Positions 10,082-19,309 of a stretch of DNA of 64,000 nt are shown here, in pieces. Position numbers and translations under genes: made by a program. The notes beneath the pieces were generated by a model. It did not search any database. It saw nothing but the letters and a program-made list of their open reading frames with translations, and had not been told where the DNA came from. The DNA lies in assembly GCA_965209055.1 (NCBI GenBank), contig OZ242374.1, positions 5,856,001-5,920,000 on the forward strand, read 5' to 3'. Origin of the DNA: Acidobacteriota bacterium (lineage in GTDB: Bacteria; Acidobacteriota; UBA6911; RPQK01; JAJDTT01). How positions within the stretch are numbered: position 1 is the stretch's first letter; every line of letters starts with the position of its first letter.

Positions 10082-11410
10082 CTATCCGGTCTTGGCCTTG
10101 CGGGTGAAATACCCGGCCTTGGCGGGAAATGAACTCAGACGCTGCATCAGGTCGTTTCTGACGCCCCGAAAGGTGTCCAGATGCTGCGGAGCCACCGGTT
10201 TTTCGGGCGGGAATTTGAGCTTGGAGGGATTCCGGTACCGGCCGGTCTGATCCTGGATTCGATAGTCCAGATGGGGCCCCGTGGAAAGGCCGGTGGATCC
10301 GACTCTCCCGATGACGTCCCCCTGATCCACGCGCTGGCCCCGGCGAACCTGGATCCGGGACAGGTGCGCGTAGCTGGTGGAATACTGTCCATGGCCGATC
10401 TTCACCATCTTCCCGTAGCCCCCTTTGCGGCCGGCGAACGAGACGGTCCCGGAAGCGACCGAGATCACCTCGGTGCCGGTGGGAGCGCCATAATCGACTC
10501 CCAGGTGCGGACGGCGGCGCTTCAATATGGGATGGAAACGGGAATAGGAGAAGCCGGAAGTGATGCGGGGATCGAACTTGAAAGGCACCCGGAGGAACGC
10601 TTTCCGCAATGAGTTCCCCTTCTCGTCGAAGTAATCCTGCTTGCCCGTCTCGGGATCAGTGAACAGAATCCCGAACAAACTCCTGTCCATCTGGTCGAAC
10701 CGGACGGCCAGCACATCGCCGTACTTGACGAACCGGCCCGCCCGATACTTCTTCTCCACCAGCAGCGTAAACGAATCTTGAGGCTGCAACTGGGTGAAGT
10801 CGAGGTCCCAGCCGAGAATATCCAGCACCTTGAAGACCAGGGCGTACTTCTCGCCCTGGGAGATCAGGGCTTGCGTCAGACTGGTCCGGATCTCCCCGAA
10901 GACCCGTTTCTCCTCCAACTGGAAATCGTATTTGTGACGAGTCGCCACGTACCGGTCGCGCTCCTGACGGACGACCAGGTACTCCTCTTCGTCGATGTCG
11001 TAGCGGACGCTCCGAAACGATCCGTCGAGTTCCAGCTCCAGCACCAGGCGATTCCCCGGCCGGACCCGGTCCAGGTTGTAGACGGACCGGGTATCCTCCA
11101 CCAGCCGGTGGATCTCCGAACCCGAAACGTCGAATCCGCGGAGTACGGTCGCCAAAGTGGCGCCGCGAGGGATGCCGGCCTTTCGAACCGTCACGGGCTC
11201 GGGCTCGGGAACCTGGGGTCCGGCGTCGGACACCGTCTCGGAAACCGCCGGAGAGGGCGATCCTCCCAACCTGAGGTCGATCCGGTGTCTCTGAAACAAC
11301 ACCACCACGACCAGCACAACCGATACCACGGCCAGAAGGCCAAGACCGTACCTGCTCTTTATCGGACCCACAGGACTATCCCATTCGTTGCGAGACCCGG
11401 ACTCTACCAC
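10082..11410 (-). CDS. M23 family peptidoglycan DD-endopeptidase (MepM-like)
   Basis: N-terminal TM; RFHPILKRRRPHLGVDYGAPTGT, YAHLS, STGPHLDY (HxxxD and HxH/HxD metal motifs). Confidence 0.92.
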   Translation of the reverse strand: MVESGSRNEWDSPVGPIKSRYGLGLLAVVSVVLVVVVLFQRHRIDLRLGGSPSPAVSETVSDAGPQVPEPEPVTVRKAGIPRGATLATVLRGFDVSGSEIHRLVEDTRSVYNLDRVRPGNRLVLELELDGSFRSVRYDIDEEEYLVVRQERDRYVATRHKYDFQLEEKRVFGEIRTSLTQALISQGEKYALVFKVLDILGWDLDFTQLQPQDSFTLLVEKKYRAGRFVKYGDVLAVRFDQMDRSLFGILFTDPETGKQDYFDEKGNSLRKAFLRVPFKFDPRITSGFSYSRFHPILKRRRPHLGVDYGAPTGTEVISVASGTVSFAGRKGGYGKMVKIGHGQYSTSYAHLSRIQVRRGQRVDQGDVIGRVGSTGLSTGPHLDYRIQDQTGRYRNPSKLKFPPEKPVAPQHLDTFRGVRNDLMQRLSSFPAKAGYFTRKAKTG

Positions 11411-11420
11411 AGAGATCCCG

Positions 11421-11906
11421 TTATCCGTCCAAAGCGCGCAGACTCGACTCTACGACCTCAGGCACCAGGCCGGTGATCTCCCCTCCCAAGGTGTAGACCT
11501 CCTTGACCAGGCTGGAACTCAGGTACGAGTACTCGGAGGAAGGCAGCATGAATATGGTTTCGATGCAAGACTCCATCCTCCGGTTCATCAGGGCCATCTG
11601 GAATTCGTATTCGTAATCGGTGACGGCCCGGATGCCGCGGACGATGACCCGGGCACCCTTCTCCACTGCGTAACTCACCAAAAGGCCATCGAAAGAATTC
11701 ACCTTAACATTTGGCCATGACCTGGTGACTTGCCGCAGCATGGCGAGCCTCTTCTGGGCGCTGAAAAGTGGTTTCTTTTCCAGGTTTTGCAGCACCGCCA
11801 CGATCACCGTGTCGAAGACGTTCCGGCTCCGGCGGATGATGTCGAGATGCCCGTTGGTCACGGGATCGAAGGATCCCGGATAGATTGCGATGACCGGCTC
11901 ACCCAT
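11421..11906 (-). CDS. coaD: Phosphopantetheine adenylyltransferase
   Basis: YPGSFDPVTNGHLDII, RGIRAVTDYEYE, LSSSLVKE. Confidence 0.97.
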   Translation of the reverse strand: MGEPVIAIYPGSFDPVTNGHLDIIRRSRNVFDTVIVAVLQNLEKKPLFSAQKRLAMLRQVTRSWPNVKVNSFDGLLVSYAVEKGARVIVRGIRAVTDYEYEFQMALMNRRMESCIETIFMLPSSEYSYLSSSLVKEVYTLGGEITGLVPEVVESSLRALDG

Positions 11907-12064
11907 GAGATCCGCATCATGTTACGCAGGCCATGATTGAATGACAACCGCGGCGGGGACAGGCAGAGCGTCCGGCAGACCGAGGGGAACGGCGCGGCAG
12001 GTGCCGCAACACCAGCCGCCTGCGCCGTCCATCTGCAGGCCCGAACCAGGACTCGAAATCGGCG

Positions 12065-12094
12065 TTGACACCGCTGGGACCGAATCCCTACAAT
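12065..12094 (+). promoter_or_regulatory. Sigma70-type promoter of the ECF sigma gene
   Basis: TTGACA-N18-TACAAT about 90 nt upstream of ATG 12187. Confidence 0.7.
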
Positions 12095-12186
12095 AGCCGG
12101 CCTGTTTCGCTGCAGGTTTCTCCCACCCCCTGATCGGCCTGCAGCGGCTTGCTAATTTCCGTTTCTGCGAAGCGGGTGTAGACCGC

Positions 12187-12753
12187 ATGCTGGAACGGGT
12201 TTGGCAAAAAAAGTACATCGCTCTTCGCTCCATTGTTCGCAGCTTCCTGTTCGACGACGCACGCGTCGAGGACATCCTCCAGGACGCTCTTTCCCAGGTG
12301 TTAGCCTCGGGGCGGAGCTTTCCTGACGAGCTGGAAACCTACCGCTACCTGCGCCGGTCCGTCTTCAACGCCAGCATCGACCACTACCGCGCTTCCCGGC
12401 GCCGTATCTATCTGCCACTGCCGGAGGAACCGGGTGAGTTCACGCTTCCGATCCACAACGTTCCTGCCGACCCCCTCACTCTCCTGCTCCAACGAGAGAG
12501 GAAGAACCTCAGACATGACGTTCTCCAGGAGATCACGGCGGCCATGTCCGAGCTTCCGGGCGTTCAGCAGGAGGCGATCCGGATGATCATGGGACCGCGG
12601 GAAATGAAGCTGAAGGACCTCTGCCGGATCAAGGGAATTCCCTACAGCACGCTGCGCAGCCGCATGCTGGCCGGCGTCGAACGATTGCGCCGCCGGCTCA
12701 AGGCCAGGAGCCTCTATCGCGAGTACGTGAACCTGGGTCGGAGGAGGAGGTGA
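12187..12753 (+). CDS. ECF (sigma-70 group 4) sigma factor
   Basis: Region 2 (VEDILQD...FNASIDHYR) and region 4 (LPGVQQEAI...GIPYSTLRSRM...LRRRL). Confidence 0.88.
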   Translation: MLERVWQKKYIALRSIVRSFLFDDARVEDILQDALSQVLASGRSFPDELETYRYLRRSVFNASIDHYRASRRRIYLPLPEEPGEFTLPIHNVPADPLTLLLQRERKNLRHDVLQEITAAMSELPGVQQEAIRMIMGPREMKLKDLCRIKGIPYSTLRSRMLAGVERLRRRLKARSLYREYVNLGRRRR

Positions 12754-12757
12754 CAAC

Positions 12758-13360
12758 TCAAGGATCGACCGCGGACCCGGTTTCATCCGGCCGTCCGCTG
12801 CCCGGATCCCGCGGCTCTCCTGCAATCGCGTAGAAGAGAAGCTTGTTGTCGCCGACCCGCACCGTGCGGGTCCAAGTGATCCGGTGGGACGTTTCCGGAC
12901 GCGGAGTCTTCTTGAACACCTCCAGGACGATGGTGCTCTCCGGGCGCATCCAGGGCATGGCCGAGAGCCTCTCCAGAAGCTTGGCGTGGCGTTTGAACTT
13001 GTAGGGCGGATCCAAAAAGACGAAGTCGACGGCGGGAGGCCGGAGATTCCTCAGCAGGGTGAAGGAATCCTTCTGGTGAATCTCGAATCCCTCCTCCACG
13101 CGGCAAAGGGCCAGATTCTTCCGGACCAGCGCCGTGGATTCCCGGAACCGGTCGTTGAAGATCACGTATCGGGCGCCCCGGCTGATGGCCTCGATTCCCA
13201 CGGCTCCCGACCCCGTGAACAGGTCGAGCCAGACGGAACCCGGGACCCGGTCGCGAACGACGTTGAAGAGTGTCTCCCGGGCCCGGTCGGTGGTGGGCCG
13301 GATATCGGCCCTGAAACCGGCCAGCCTCTTGCCGCGGAATCTACCGGCGATGATCCTCAT
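12758..13360 (-). CDS. rsmD: 16S rRNA m2G966 methyltransferase
   Basis: MRIIAGRFRG, RPTTDRARETLFN, LDLFTGSGAVGIEAISRGA, FLDPPY. Confidence 0.95.
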   Translation of the reverse strand: MRIIAGRFRGKRLAGFRADIRPTTDRARETLFNVVRDRVPGSVWLDLFTGSGAVGIEAISRGARYVIFNDRFRESTALVRKNLALCRVEEGFEIHQKDSFTLLRNLRPPAVDFVFLDPPYKFKRHAKLLERLSAMPWMRPESTIVLEVFKKTPRPETSHRITWTRTVRVGDNKLLFYAIAGEPRDPGSGRPDETGSAVDP

Positions 13361-13376
13361 GCCCGTTCCAGCGGAA

Positions 13377-15500
13377 TCAACCGACGTCGAAGAGACCGAA
13401 TCGGCTCCGCCACTGGTCCGCCAACCGGACCAGTTGGTCCTTGCCCTCTCCCTTTGCGTCTTCTGTCAGGACGCTGAAGTGATGCCGTGCCTCCCGGGCC
13501 GCCAACTCCAGCAGGCGGCGGTCCCGGACGATGTTGCCGAACCGGAACTGGGGAATCCCCGACTGCCGGGTCCCCACGAACTCCCCGGGCCCCCGAATCT
13601 CCAGGTCCTTCTCGGCGATGCGGAAGCCGTCGGAAGTCCGGCACATGATATCCAAGCGGCGGAAGGCATTCTCGGATCGAGCCCCGCCGGTCAAGAGAAC
13701 GCAGGTCCCCCGGTGGCCACCGCGCCCGATCCGGCCCCGCAACTGGTGAAGCTGGGAGAGGCCGAAACGTTCGGCATGCTCCACCACCATGACCGTCGCA
13801 TTGGGAACGTCCAGACCCACCTCCACGACCGTCGTCGCCACCAGAATCTGTATCGTGCCGTCGCGCAGGGCCTGCATCTGCGCATCTTTCTCCTCACTCT
13901 TGAGACGGCCGTGGATCAGGCCCAGCCCGTAGCCCGGGAACACTTCCCGGAGTTGACCGGCCATCTCCTCGGCGGCGCGCAGTTCCAGCTTGTCCGATTC
14001 CTCGATCAACGGATACACCACGTACGCTTGACGGCCCTGGGCCAGTTCCCGCTTCAGGAGGCCGTAGACCCGGTCCCGGTCCGGTTCCGAGTAGAGGACC
14101 GTCTCGACCGGCTGGCGCCCCGGAGGCAACTCGTCCAGGACCGAGAGGTCCAGGTCGCCGTACACCGTCAGGGCGAGGCTTCTTGGAATCGGAGTGGCCG
14201 TCATGATCAATACGTCGGGTTGATCCCCCTTGCCCATGAGCCGCGACCGTTGCAGCACCCCGAAACGGTGTTGCTCGTCGATCACCGCCAGACCCAGGTC
14301 CCGAAACCGGACCGGCGCCTCGATCAGGGCGTGAGTCCCGATGACCAGTTGGACGGCGCCCGAACGGATCTGTTCCAGGATGCCCTGGCGCCGCTTGCCC
14401 CGGACCCGTCCCGTGAGCAGCGCCAACCGGTAACCGGTGTCCCGCAGGTATCGCGAAAGCGTCTGGAAGTGCTGCTCGGCCAGGATCTCCGTCGGCGCCA
14501 TGAGAGCGGCCTGCAATCCGTTCTCCAGCACCACCACCATGGCCTGGAGGGCGACGATGGTCTTGCCCGAGCCCACGTCCCCATGGAGCAGCCGTCTCAT
14601 GACGTTGCCGCTGAGCAGATCGTCGACGATCTCGCCCACCACTCTCTTCTGGGCGGACGTGGGATGGAAGGGAAGGATCCCCTTCACCACCTCCCGAACC
14701 CCATCGTTGATCTCGATCCGACGGGTCTTGGGCAGAGACTCCCGGTCCCGGCGCACCACCTGGAGACCCAGGTGAAACAGGAAGAACTCCTCGAAGACGA
14801 ATCTGCGCTGCGCCGGAGTCGCGCTCGACTCCAGGTCCTCCAGGAAAGCCTCCCGCTTCCGGTCTTCCGGCCGGACGGGGAAATGGAGTTCGCGCCACGC
14901 CCGGCGGCGGTCCGGCAGGCCGTGCTTCTCCAGCAACCGGTCCGGAATCGGGTCCTGGATGTCCCGCTGCAACCCGGTCACGGCGCGATGGACGATGGCG
15001 CGCAGCGACCGGGTCGTCAGTTTTCCCACCCGCCGGTAGATGGGAACGATCCGCCCGGAATGGATGGCCGAGTCCGACGAGGAAATCACGAGCTCCCATT
15101 CCGGGTTCAGGAGCACCGGGCGGAGAGTGTAGTCGTCGCGGCGAACCTGGCCATAGAGAATCAGCCGCTGTCCGTTGCGGAGGACGTGTTGGAGGTAGGG
15201 TTGGTTGAAGAACTTGACCGCAAGCGCTCCCGAACGGTCCTCCACCACCATTTCGAAGATCCGGACCTTCTTCATCGGGGTGGAGTAGTTCCCGCAAACG
15301 GCGATCTCGCCCTCCACCAGGGCGTCCTCACCGACCTGTAGCTGGTTCACGAGCCGGAAGCTGGACCGGTCCTCGTAGCGAAACGGCTTGTAGTTGAGGA
15401 GATCCTCGACGGTGCCGATCCGGGCTTTCTGCAGCATGGCGGCCCGGGCCGGCCCCACTCCCTTCACGTACTGAACCGGCACTTCCAACCGCAGCGGCAT
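13377..15500 (-). CDS. recG: ATP-dependent DNA helicase RecG
   Basis: GVGPARA wedge start, GDVGSGKT, APTEILAEQH, DEQHRFG, TATPIPR, LHQLRGRIGRG, DLEIRGPGE. Confidence 0.97.
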   Translation of the reverse strand: MPLRLEVPVQYVKGVGPARAAMLQKARIGTVEDLLNYKPFRYEDRSSFRLVNQLQVGEDALVEGEIAVCGNYSTPMKKVRIFEMVVEDRSGALAVKFFNQPYLQHVLRNGQRLILYGQVRRDDYTLRPVLLNPEWELVISSSDSAIHSGRIVPIYRRVGKLTTRSLRAIVHRAVTGLQRDIQDPIPDRLLEKHGLPDRRRAWRELHFPVRPEDRKREAFLEDLESSATPAQRRFVFEEFFLFHLGLQVVRRDRESLPKTRRIEINDGVREVVKGILPFHPTSAQKRVVGEIVDDLLSGNVMRRLLHGDVGSGKTIVALQAMVVVLENGLQAALMAPTEILAEQHFQTLSRYLRDTGYRLALLTGRVRGKRRQGILEQIRSGAVQLVIGTHALIEAPVRFRDLGLAVIDEQHRFGVLQRSRLMGKGDQPDVLIMTATPIPRSLALTVYGDLDLSVLDELPPGRQPVETVLYSEPDRDRVYGLLKRELAQGRQAYVVYPLIEESDKLELRAAEEMAGQLREVFPGYGLGLIHGRLKSEEKDAQMQALRDGTIQILVATTVVEVGLDVPNATVMVVEHAERFGLSQLHQLRGRIGRGGHRGTCVLLTGGARSENAFRRLDIMCRTSDGFRIAEKDLEIRGPGEFVGTRQSGIPQFRFGNIVRDRRLLELAAREARHHFSVLTEDAKGEGKDQLVRLADQWRSRFGLFDVG

Positions 15501-15571
15501 CCGGTCAATCTACCACTCCGGTACGGCAGGACACGCCGGGTGCATAGCGAGAGTCGCGGCGCGCTGCTAAC

Positions 15572-16141
15572 ATGAAGAATGTGAAGCGGATACTCATGGC
15601 AGTGTTCTTTCTGCCTCTCCTGGCTTGCGGCAAGAGTCTGGAGAGGCAGATCGTCGACGACCTGAGCAACATGGACCAGGCCCGGCTCGGCAAGGGGCAG
15701 GTCCGCATCGACAAGCTGAGACGAACCGGGAACCATGCCGTCGCCGAGGTGACCCTCAAGACCGCAGTCAAGCTCATTCGACGAGACCGCGCGTGGGTCA
15801 TCGAAGAGATCCGGCTGGGCGACCGGAGATGGGAAAGGGTGGAGAACATTCTGGCGGCGTTGGACGAGGAAAGGTCGCTGCGCACGCGCTCCGACCTGAA
15901 GCTGATCGACTCTGCCATCAGCCGCTACCGGCTGGAACGCGGGGAGCTGCCGCCGGCCGGGAGCTACCGTGAGCTCATGGACCACCTGACCCCGGAATAC
16001 ATGCAGCCCACCACCGAGCTGGATGGATGGTTCAAGCAGTACGTTTATCGGACCCTGTCGGCCGAGGACTACGATCTCCGTTCGGCGGGACCCGACGGGA
16101 TCGCCCGAACCTCGGATGACGTGACATTGGAGCAACCCTGA
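15572..16141 (+). CDS. Lipoprotein with C-terminal T2SS GspG-like (T2SSG) domain
   Basis: Lipobox LLAC; C-terminal DGWFKQYVY...YDLRSAGPDG...TSDD typical of GspG; no prepilin G|FTLxE. Start may be GTG 15581. Confidence 0.75.
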   Translation: MKNVKRILMAVFFLPLLACGKSLERQIVDDLSNMDQARLGKGQVRIDKLRRTGNHAVAEVTLKTAVKLIRRDRAWVIEEIRLGDRRWERVENILAALDEERSLRTRSDLKLIDSAISRYRLERGELPPAGSYRELMDHLTPEYMQPTTELDGWFKQYVYRTLSAEDYDLRSAGPDGIARTSDDVTLEQP

Positions 16142-17010
16142 TGCGAAAAGACACCAGTGTTCTGCTCGCGACTCTGGGACTTTGCCTGGTGCTGCTGGTG
16201 GGGTTCTCCCTCTACCGGTCCCTGCCCGACCGGCTCCCCTGGATTCAGAGCTATCAACAGGCCCTGAAGCAGGCGCAGCAGGAAGGCAAGTTCGTCCTGG
16301 CGTACCTCTATACGGATTGGTGCGGATACTGCAAGAAGATGGAGGCGGAGACCTTCACCGACCAGGCGGTCATCGACGAGATGTCCGACAGCTACGTCTG
16401 GCTCAAGCTCAACGCCGAAACGGACCGTGAGGGCCAGCAACTCCAGGAGAGGTTCAACATCACCGGCTATCCGGGTCTGATTCTGCTCGACGGCGACGGG
16501 CAGGAGATGGAGCGGATCTCGGGTTTCGTCCCTGCGGAAGCATTTCGGCAGCGCGTGGCGGCCGCGGCAGGCGGCCCGGGCTCCTTCGCCAGCCTCTTGC
16601 GAACGGCGAGCCGGGAACCCGATTCCATCGATGTCCAATATCGCCTGGCCGAGGAATACATCGAACGCCAGGATTTCTCCGCCGCCATCGAACGGCTGCG
16701 CCGGGTCATCGAGCTGGATCCTGAGAACAGCTCGGGGAAGGCCGACTTGAGCTACTACTACCTGGCTCTGAGCCTGGCCTCCCAGGGGAACGAGGAACTG
16801 GCGCTCGTGGAACTCGATTCCCTGCAATCCAACTTCCCCGGGAGCGACTACATCGCCGACAGCACTTTCCTGAGGGGCCAGATCTACTACCACTCAGGGA
16901 ACCGGGATCAGGCCGAGAAGGTCCTCGCGGCCTACGTGCAGGATTTTCCGGAGCACATCCACGTTTCCAAGGCCCGCGACATTCTGGCGGAAAGAGAAGA
17001 AGCGGAGTAG
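16141..17010 (+). CDS. Membrane-anchored thioredoxin-like protein with TPR repeats
   Basis: N-terminal TM; YTDWCGYCKKM (CxxC) and GYP cis-Pro; C-terminal TPRs resembling CpoB/YbgF; TGATG overlap with the upstream gene. Confidence 0.88.
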   Translation: MRKDTSVLLATLGLCLVLLVGFSLYRSLPDRLPWIQSYQQALKQAQQEGKFVLAYLYTDWCGYCKKMEAETFTDQAVIDEMSDSYVWLKLNAETDREGQQLQERFNITGYPGLILLDGDGQEMERISGFVPAEAFRQRVAAAAGGPGSFASLLRTASREPDSIDVQYRLAEEYIERQDFSAAIERLRRVIELDPENSSGKADLSYYYLALSLASQGNEELALVELDSLQSNFPGSDYIADSTFLRGQIYYHSGNRDQAEKVLAAYVQDFPEHIHVSKARDILAEREEAE

Positions 17011-17064
17011 GAAACCGGAAGGCGGCGCCGGGACCCCGATCGCCGCGCCCGAGACGATCTCCCT

Positions 17065-17664
17065 CTACAACAGGTGCCCGAGCTTTTCCTTCTTGGTCTT
17101 CAGGTACTCTTGCGAGACCGGTGAGGGCTCCACGACCAGGGGAACCCGTTCCACCACCTGGAGCCCTTCGGCCTCCAGGCCGCGAATCTTGGCGGGGTTG
17201 TTGGACATGAGGCGAATCCGGGAGATTCCCAATCGGAGGAGCACCACCGCGCAAAAGCGATAGGAGCGCAGGTCCGCCTCGAAACCCAGCCGGGCGTTGG
17301 CCTCCACCGTATCGGCCCCCTGATCCTGGAACTGATACGCGTGAAGTTTGTTGATGAGGCCGATTCCCCGGCCTTCTTGAAACTGATAGAGCAGGACGCC
17401 GCTGCCGGCCTCGGCGATCATCTGAAGGGCCCGTTCCAACTGTTCCCCGCAATCGCAGCGGAGCGAGTGAAAGATGTCGCCGGTGACGCACTGCGAGTGG
17501 ATCCGCACCAGGGTGGGCCTCTGGTCACTCAGAGGCTGGCGGACCAGCGCCACCAACTGTTCGTCGTCTTCCTCGCTTTCGAACCCGTAGATCCGGAACG
17601 GTCCGAAACGAGTCGGCAGCGCCGCATTGGGCACCGTATCGAGACTCGCCAGGACCTCACTCAT
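17065..17664 (-). CDS. ribA: GTP cyclohydrolase II
   Basis: [53 protein letters not shown]. Confidence 0.97.
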   Translation of the reverse strand: MSEVLASLDTVPNAALPTRFGPFRIYGFESEEDDEQLVALVRQPLSDQRPTLVRIHSQCVTGDIFHSLRCDCGEQLERALQMIAEAGSGVLLYQFQEGRGIGLINKLHAYQFQDQGADTVEANARLGFEADLRSYRFCAVVLLRLGISRIRLMSNNPAKIRGLEAEGLQVVERVPLVVEPSPVSQEYLKTKKEKLGHLL

Positions 17665-17676
17665 GGGCTGATAGTA

Positions 17677-18273
17677 TCACTCCGCGCGGCGAGCGAGTGA
17701 ACTCGACGGCGTGGCCCAGCGCTTCATTCCCTTGACGGAGATGTCGAAGACATCCAGGGCCCGGCCCAGGCTGTGGTCCACCAGATCCTGGAGACTTTCG
17801 GGATGATGGTAGAAGGAGGGGATGGGCGGGGCGACGATCGCTCCCAGCTCCGCCACTTCCACCAGCCGCCGGAGATGTCCCAGGTGCAATGGAGACTCGC
17901 GCACCAGCAGCACCAGCGGCCTTCTCTCTTTCAGGGTCACGTCCGCCGCCCGGGTCAGGAGGTCCTTGGTAATGGAATTGGCCAGGCAGGAGACGGTATG
18001 GATCGAGCAGGGGGCGACGATCATGCCCCGGGTCTTGAAGGAACCACTGGAAATCGCGGCCGCCATGTCGCCCGGTTCATGGACCACGTCAGCCAGATTC
18101 CGCACCTGGTCCAGTTCGTAGCCGGTTTCCAGTTCGACGGTCCTGGGCACGGTCCGGGTGTAGACCAGGTGAGTCTCCACCTCCGGGACGGCGCTCAGAA
18201 GCTCCAGCAGCCGGATTCCGTAGATGGGCGCCGACGCGCCTGACAACCCGACCACCAGTGGAAGAGAATTCAT
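17677..18273 (-). CDS. ubiX: Flavin prenyltransferase
   Basis: VGLSGASAPIYG, ISSGSF, APCS, RAADVTLKERRPL, RESPL, PSFYHHP; start set at ATG 18273 (ATGA overlap with the radical SAM stop). Confidence 0.94.
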   Translation of the reverse strand: MNSLPLVVGLSGASAPIYGIRLLELLSAVPEVETHLVYTRTVPRTVELETGYELDQVRNLADVVHEPGDMAAAISSGSFKTRGMIVAPCSIHTVSCLANSITKDLLTRAADVTLKERRPLVLLVRESPLHLGHLRRLVEVAELGAIVAPPIPSFYHHPESLQDLVDHSLGRALDVFDISVKGMKRWATPSSSLARRAE

Positions 18274-19250
18274 GCCCCCGATTCCGGGAGGATTTCGAGC
18301 CCCTGGGGAGCCCGCCACTCGTCGACCAGGGAGGCTTGGTGGACACAGGAAACGGTGCAGTACGGAGCGCAACTTTTTGGGGTCCGGTGCTCCCGCCGGA
18401 TATCCGCCAGAGTGTATTCCGCCAGAGGAATTCCCGGGTGGCCGCGTTGCTGGGAACAGTAGTGCACGAGCCCGTCTTCGCAGACATACAGGTACCGGGA
18501 CCCCGCCCGGCAGCGCCAGTCGTTGGGCCGGCCGGCAGCCAGGTTCTCCTGAAAGACCCGGTTCAGACGGGAATAGCCCCTTTTCGCCATGCTCTTGACC
18601 TGGTGGAAGATGTGCACTTCCTCGGAGCTGAGGGGCTTGAGCCCGCCATGCCCGTCATGGATGACGCCGACGGTGCAAGTGAACCCCAACGCAACGGCCC
18701 GGCGCGCGATGACCAGGGCATCTTGGGGATGATTCACGCCGGAACCCAGAACCGTATTGATGTTGACCTGGAACTCCGCCAATTCCGACAGGTAGAGGAG
18801 CTTCTTGTCCAGCACCTTCAGGCTCTTCATGGAGTTCTTGTCGGGCTTCACGTTGTCGATGCTGATCTGCAGATGCTCCAGCCCGGCCCGGTTCAGGGAC
18901 CGGATCCTCTTGCGCGCCAGGAGGTATCCGTTGGTGATGAGACCGGCGATCATGTTGCGGTCCCGGATCCGGGTGATGACGGCCTCCAACTCCCGATGCA
19001 TCAAAGGCTCACCGCCGCTGATGGTGACAATGGAGGTCCCCAGGCGGGCCAGTTGATCGATCCGCTCCAGCATCACTTCGGTGGGGATGGGCGGGGAGAA
19101 GTCATCGTACTCGTTGCAGTAGGAGCAGGAGAGATTGCAACGCCGCATGGGGATGATGTGCGCCAGAATCGGGTGACTCTGCGAGAGCAGGGCGCGACCC
19201 ACCATCTTCAACTCACGCACGCGGATCTTGACGGATTGGAGTCTGCGCAT
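18270..19250 (-). CDS. Radical SAM protein with C-terminal SPASM/twitch-like Cys cluster
   Basis: CNLSCSYC, SGGEPL, LITNG, ISID; C-terminal CRAG...C...C...CAPYCTVSC. Start uncertain (19250-19313); the TGCTATGAT near 19289 looks like a -10 element. Confidence 0.9.
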   Translation of the reverse strand: MRRLQSVKIRVRELKMVGRALLSQSHPILAHIIPMRRCNLSCSYCNEYDDFSPPIPTEVMLERIDQLARLGTSIVTISGGEPLMHRELEAVITRIRDRNMIAGLITNGYLLARKRIRSLNRAGLEHLQISIDNVKPDKNSMKSLKVLDKKLLYLSELAEFQVNINTVLGSGVNHPQDALVIARRAVALGFTCTVGVIHDGHGGLKPLSSEEVHIFHQVKSMAKRGYSRLNRVFQENLAAGRPNDWRCRAGSRYLYVCEDGLVHYCSQQRGHPGIPLAEYTLADIRREHRTPKSCAPYCTVSCVHQASLVDEWRAPQGLEILPESGA

Positions 19251-19309
19251 GGGCCTGTGGCGGGCGCCGTTGGAACGGGTGCGGATCATAGCAGCCTGGT
19301 CCGGGGCCG

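Noticed and set aside
13134-15341. 735-aa + strand ORF
   Set aside because: Antisense to recG and rsmD with no motifs; long stop-free reverse frames are expected at this GC content.
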